A stretch of DNA of 36,311 nucleotides, taken from a virus. Taxonomy: Duplodnaviria; Caudoviricetes. How positions within the stretch are numbered: position 1 is the stretch's first letter; each line of letters starts with the position of its first letter. Below the pieces are notes generated by a model. The model had not been told where the DNA came from, searched no databases, and saw nothing but the letters and a program-made list of their open reading frames with translations. Where the stretch lies: the IMG/VR virus record IMGVR_UViG_3300021133_000015, positions 1-36,311 of that record; one strand, given 5' to 3'. Position numbers and translations under genes: made by a program. Shown here piece by piece: positions 35,675-36,311 of this stretch.

Positions 35675-36311
35675 GCATCCTTCAAAACGGCACCGTCTCC
35701 CCTCGCCACCTAGTATCTTGGACGACCACGGGCGTTGTGCAGGACGCCGGTTCGTCCGCTACGCCTGGCGTTAGCAGCCTCGGGCTGTTTGGTAATGGGG
35801 GCACGCCGTTTAGCATCACGAACAGCGCGGTGCCGGGTGCTCCGGTCGGCATCTACAGCCAGCTAAACGCGGGCGTCTCTTCGACAGCCGCTTACATAAA
35901 CGTCGATACGTTCGGCACGACGGCCTTGCCGTTGGATTTTAATATCAACGGGTCTACCGTGTTTAGCGTGACCGCGTCAGGTCCGACGTTTGGCACGCCC
36001 GTTCCGGTAAATAGCGGCGGCACCGGGCTGTCGGCAACGCCCACGAACGGCCAACTGCTGATCGGCAACGGCACTGGGTATTCGCTGAATACGCTGACCG
36101 CGGGAACGGGCGTCAGCATCACCAACGCCGCAGGCACAATTACGATCGCCAACAACAGCGCCGCTTCTGTGTCCAGTGTCGCGCAGACATTCACGGGTGG
36201 CCTAATCTCGGTCAGTGGGTCTCCAATTACGACGAGCGGCACCCTGGCGCTAACAGTCGCGGGGACGTCTGGCGGTATTCCATATTTCAACAGCGGCACT
36301 TCGTGGGCGAC
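35671..36311 (+). CDS. Tail fibre-like protein, paralogue B, truncated by the window edge
   Basis: Not in the ORF track. ATG 35671 overlaps the previous stop; MSILQNGTVSPRHLVSWTTTGVVQDAG...GGTGLSATPTNGQLLIGNGTGY; open to the window end. Confidence 0.75.
   Translation, partial: MSILQNGTVSPRHLVSWTTTGVVQDAGSSATPGVSSLGLFGNGGTPFSITNSAVPGAPVGIYSQLNAGVSSTAAYINVDTFGTTALPLDFNINGSTVFSVTASGPTFGTPVPVNSGGTGLSATPTNGQLLIGNGTGYSLNTLTAGTGVSITNAAGTITIANNSAASVSSVAQTFTGGLISVSGSPITTSGTLALTVAGTSGGIPYFNSGTSWA

Noticed and set aside
34991-36311. Diversity-generating retroelement TR/VR pair in the fibre paralogues
   Set aside because: No reverse transcriptase in the window, and the differences between copies are not confined to adenines.

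Overview
The whole window reads as part of a dsDNA tailed phage genome (Caudoviricetes). It is probably podovirus-like: there are adaptor, nozzle and ejection-type genes but no tape measure, tube or sheath gene. Bases 1-8.8 kb are a DNA-metabolism module: ssDNA-binding protein (partial), DUF2800/Cas4-like nuclease, an SF2 helicase with a LAGLIDADG intein in Walker A, a VRR-NUC nuclease, a TetR-like HTH and an AEP primase-polymerase/SF3 helicase. Bases 8.9-11.9 kb are a minus-strand cluster of small early genes, including a DnaN (beta-clamp) homologue flanked by 18-bp direct repeats. Bases 12.0-13.5 kb are mostly non-coding, with an origin-like locus (iterons, IHF-like sites, AT-rich core) and a 24-copy CGACC array that may mark the genome terminus. 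Bases 13.5-36.3 kb are a plus-strand late module: KTSC protein, TerL, portal, tRNA-Lys(CTT), scaffold, major capsid, decoration, two adaptor paralogues, nozzle, internal virion proteins (one with a lysozyme-like domain) and tail-fibre paralogues. The most unusual element lies between the portal and head genes: tRNA-Lys(CUU), a convergent Xis/AlpA-like HTH, a structured RNA leader with two alternative folds, and an unannotated 10-aa peptide MARKHRKGRK. All calls come from reading motifs by eye; no database search or folding computation was run.
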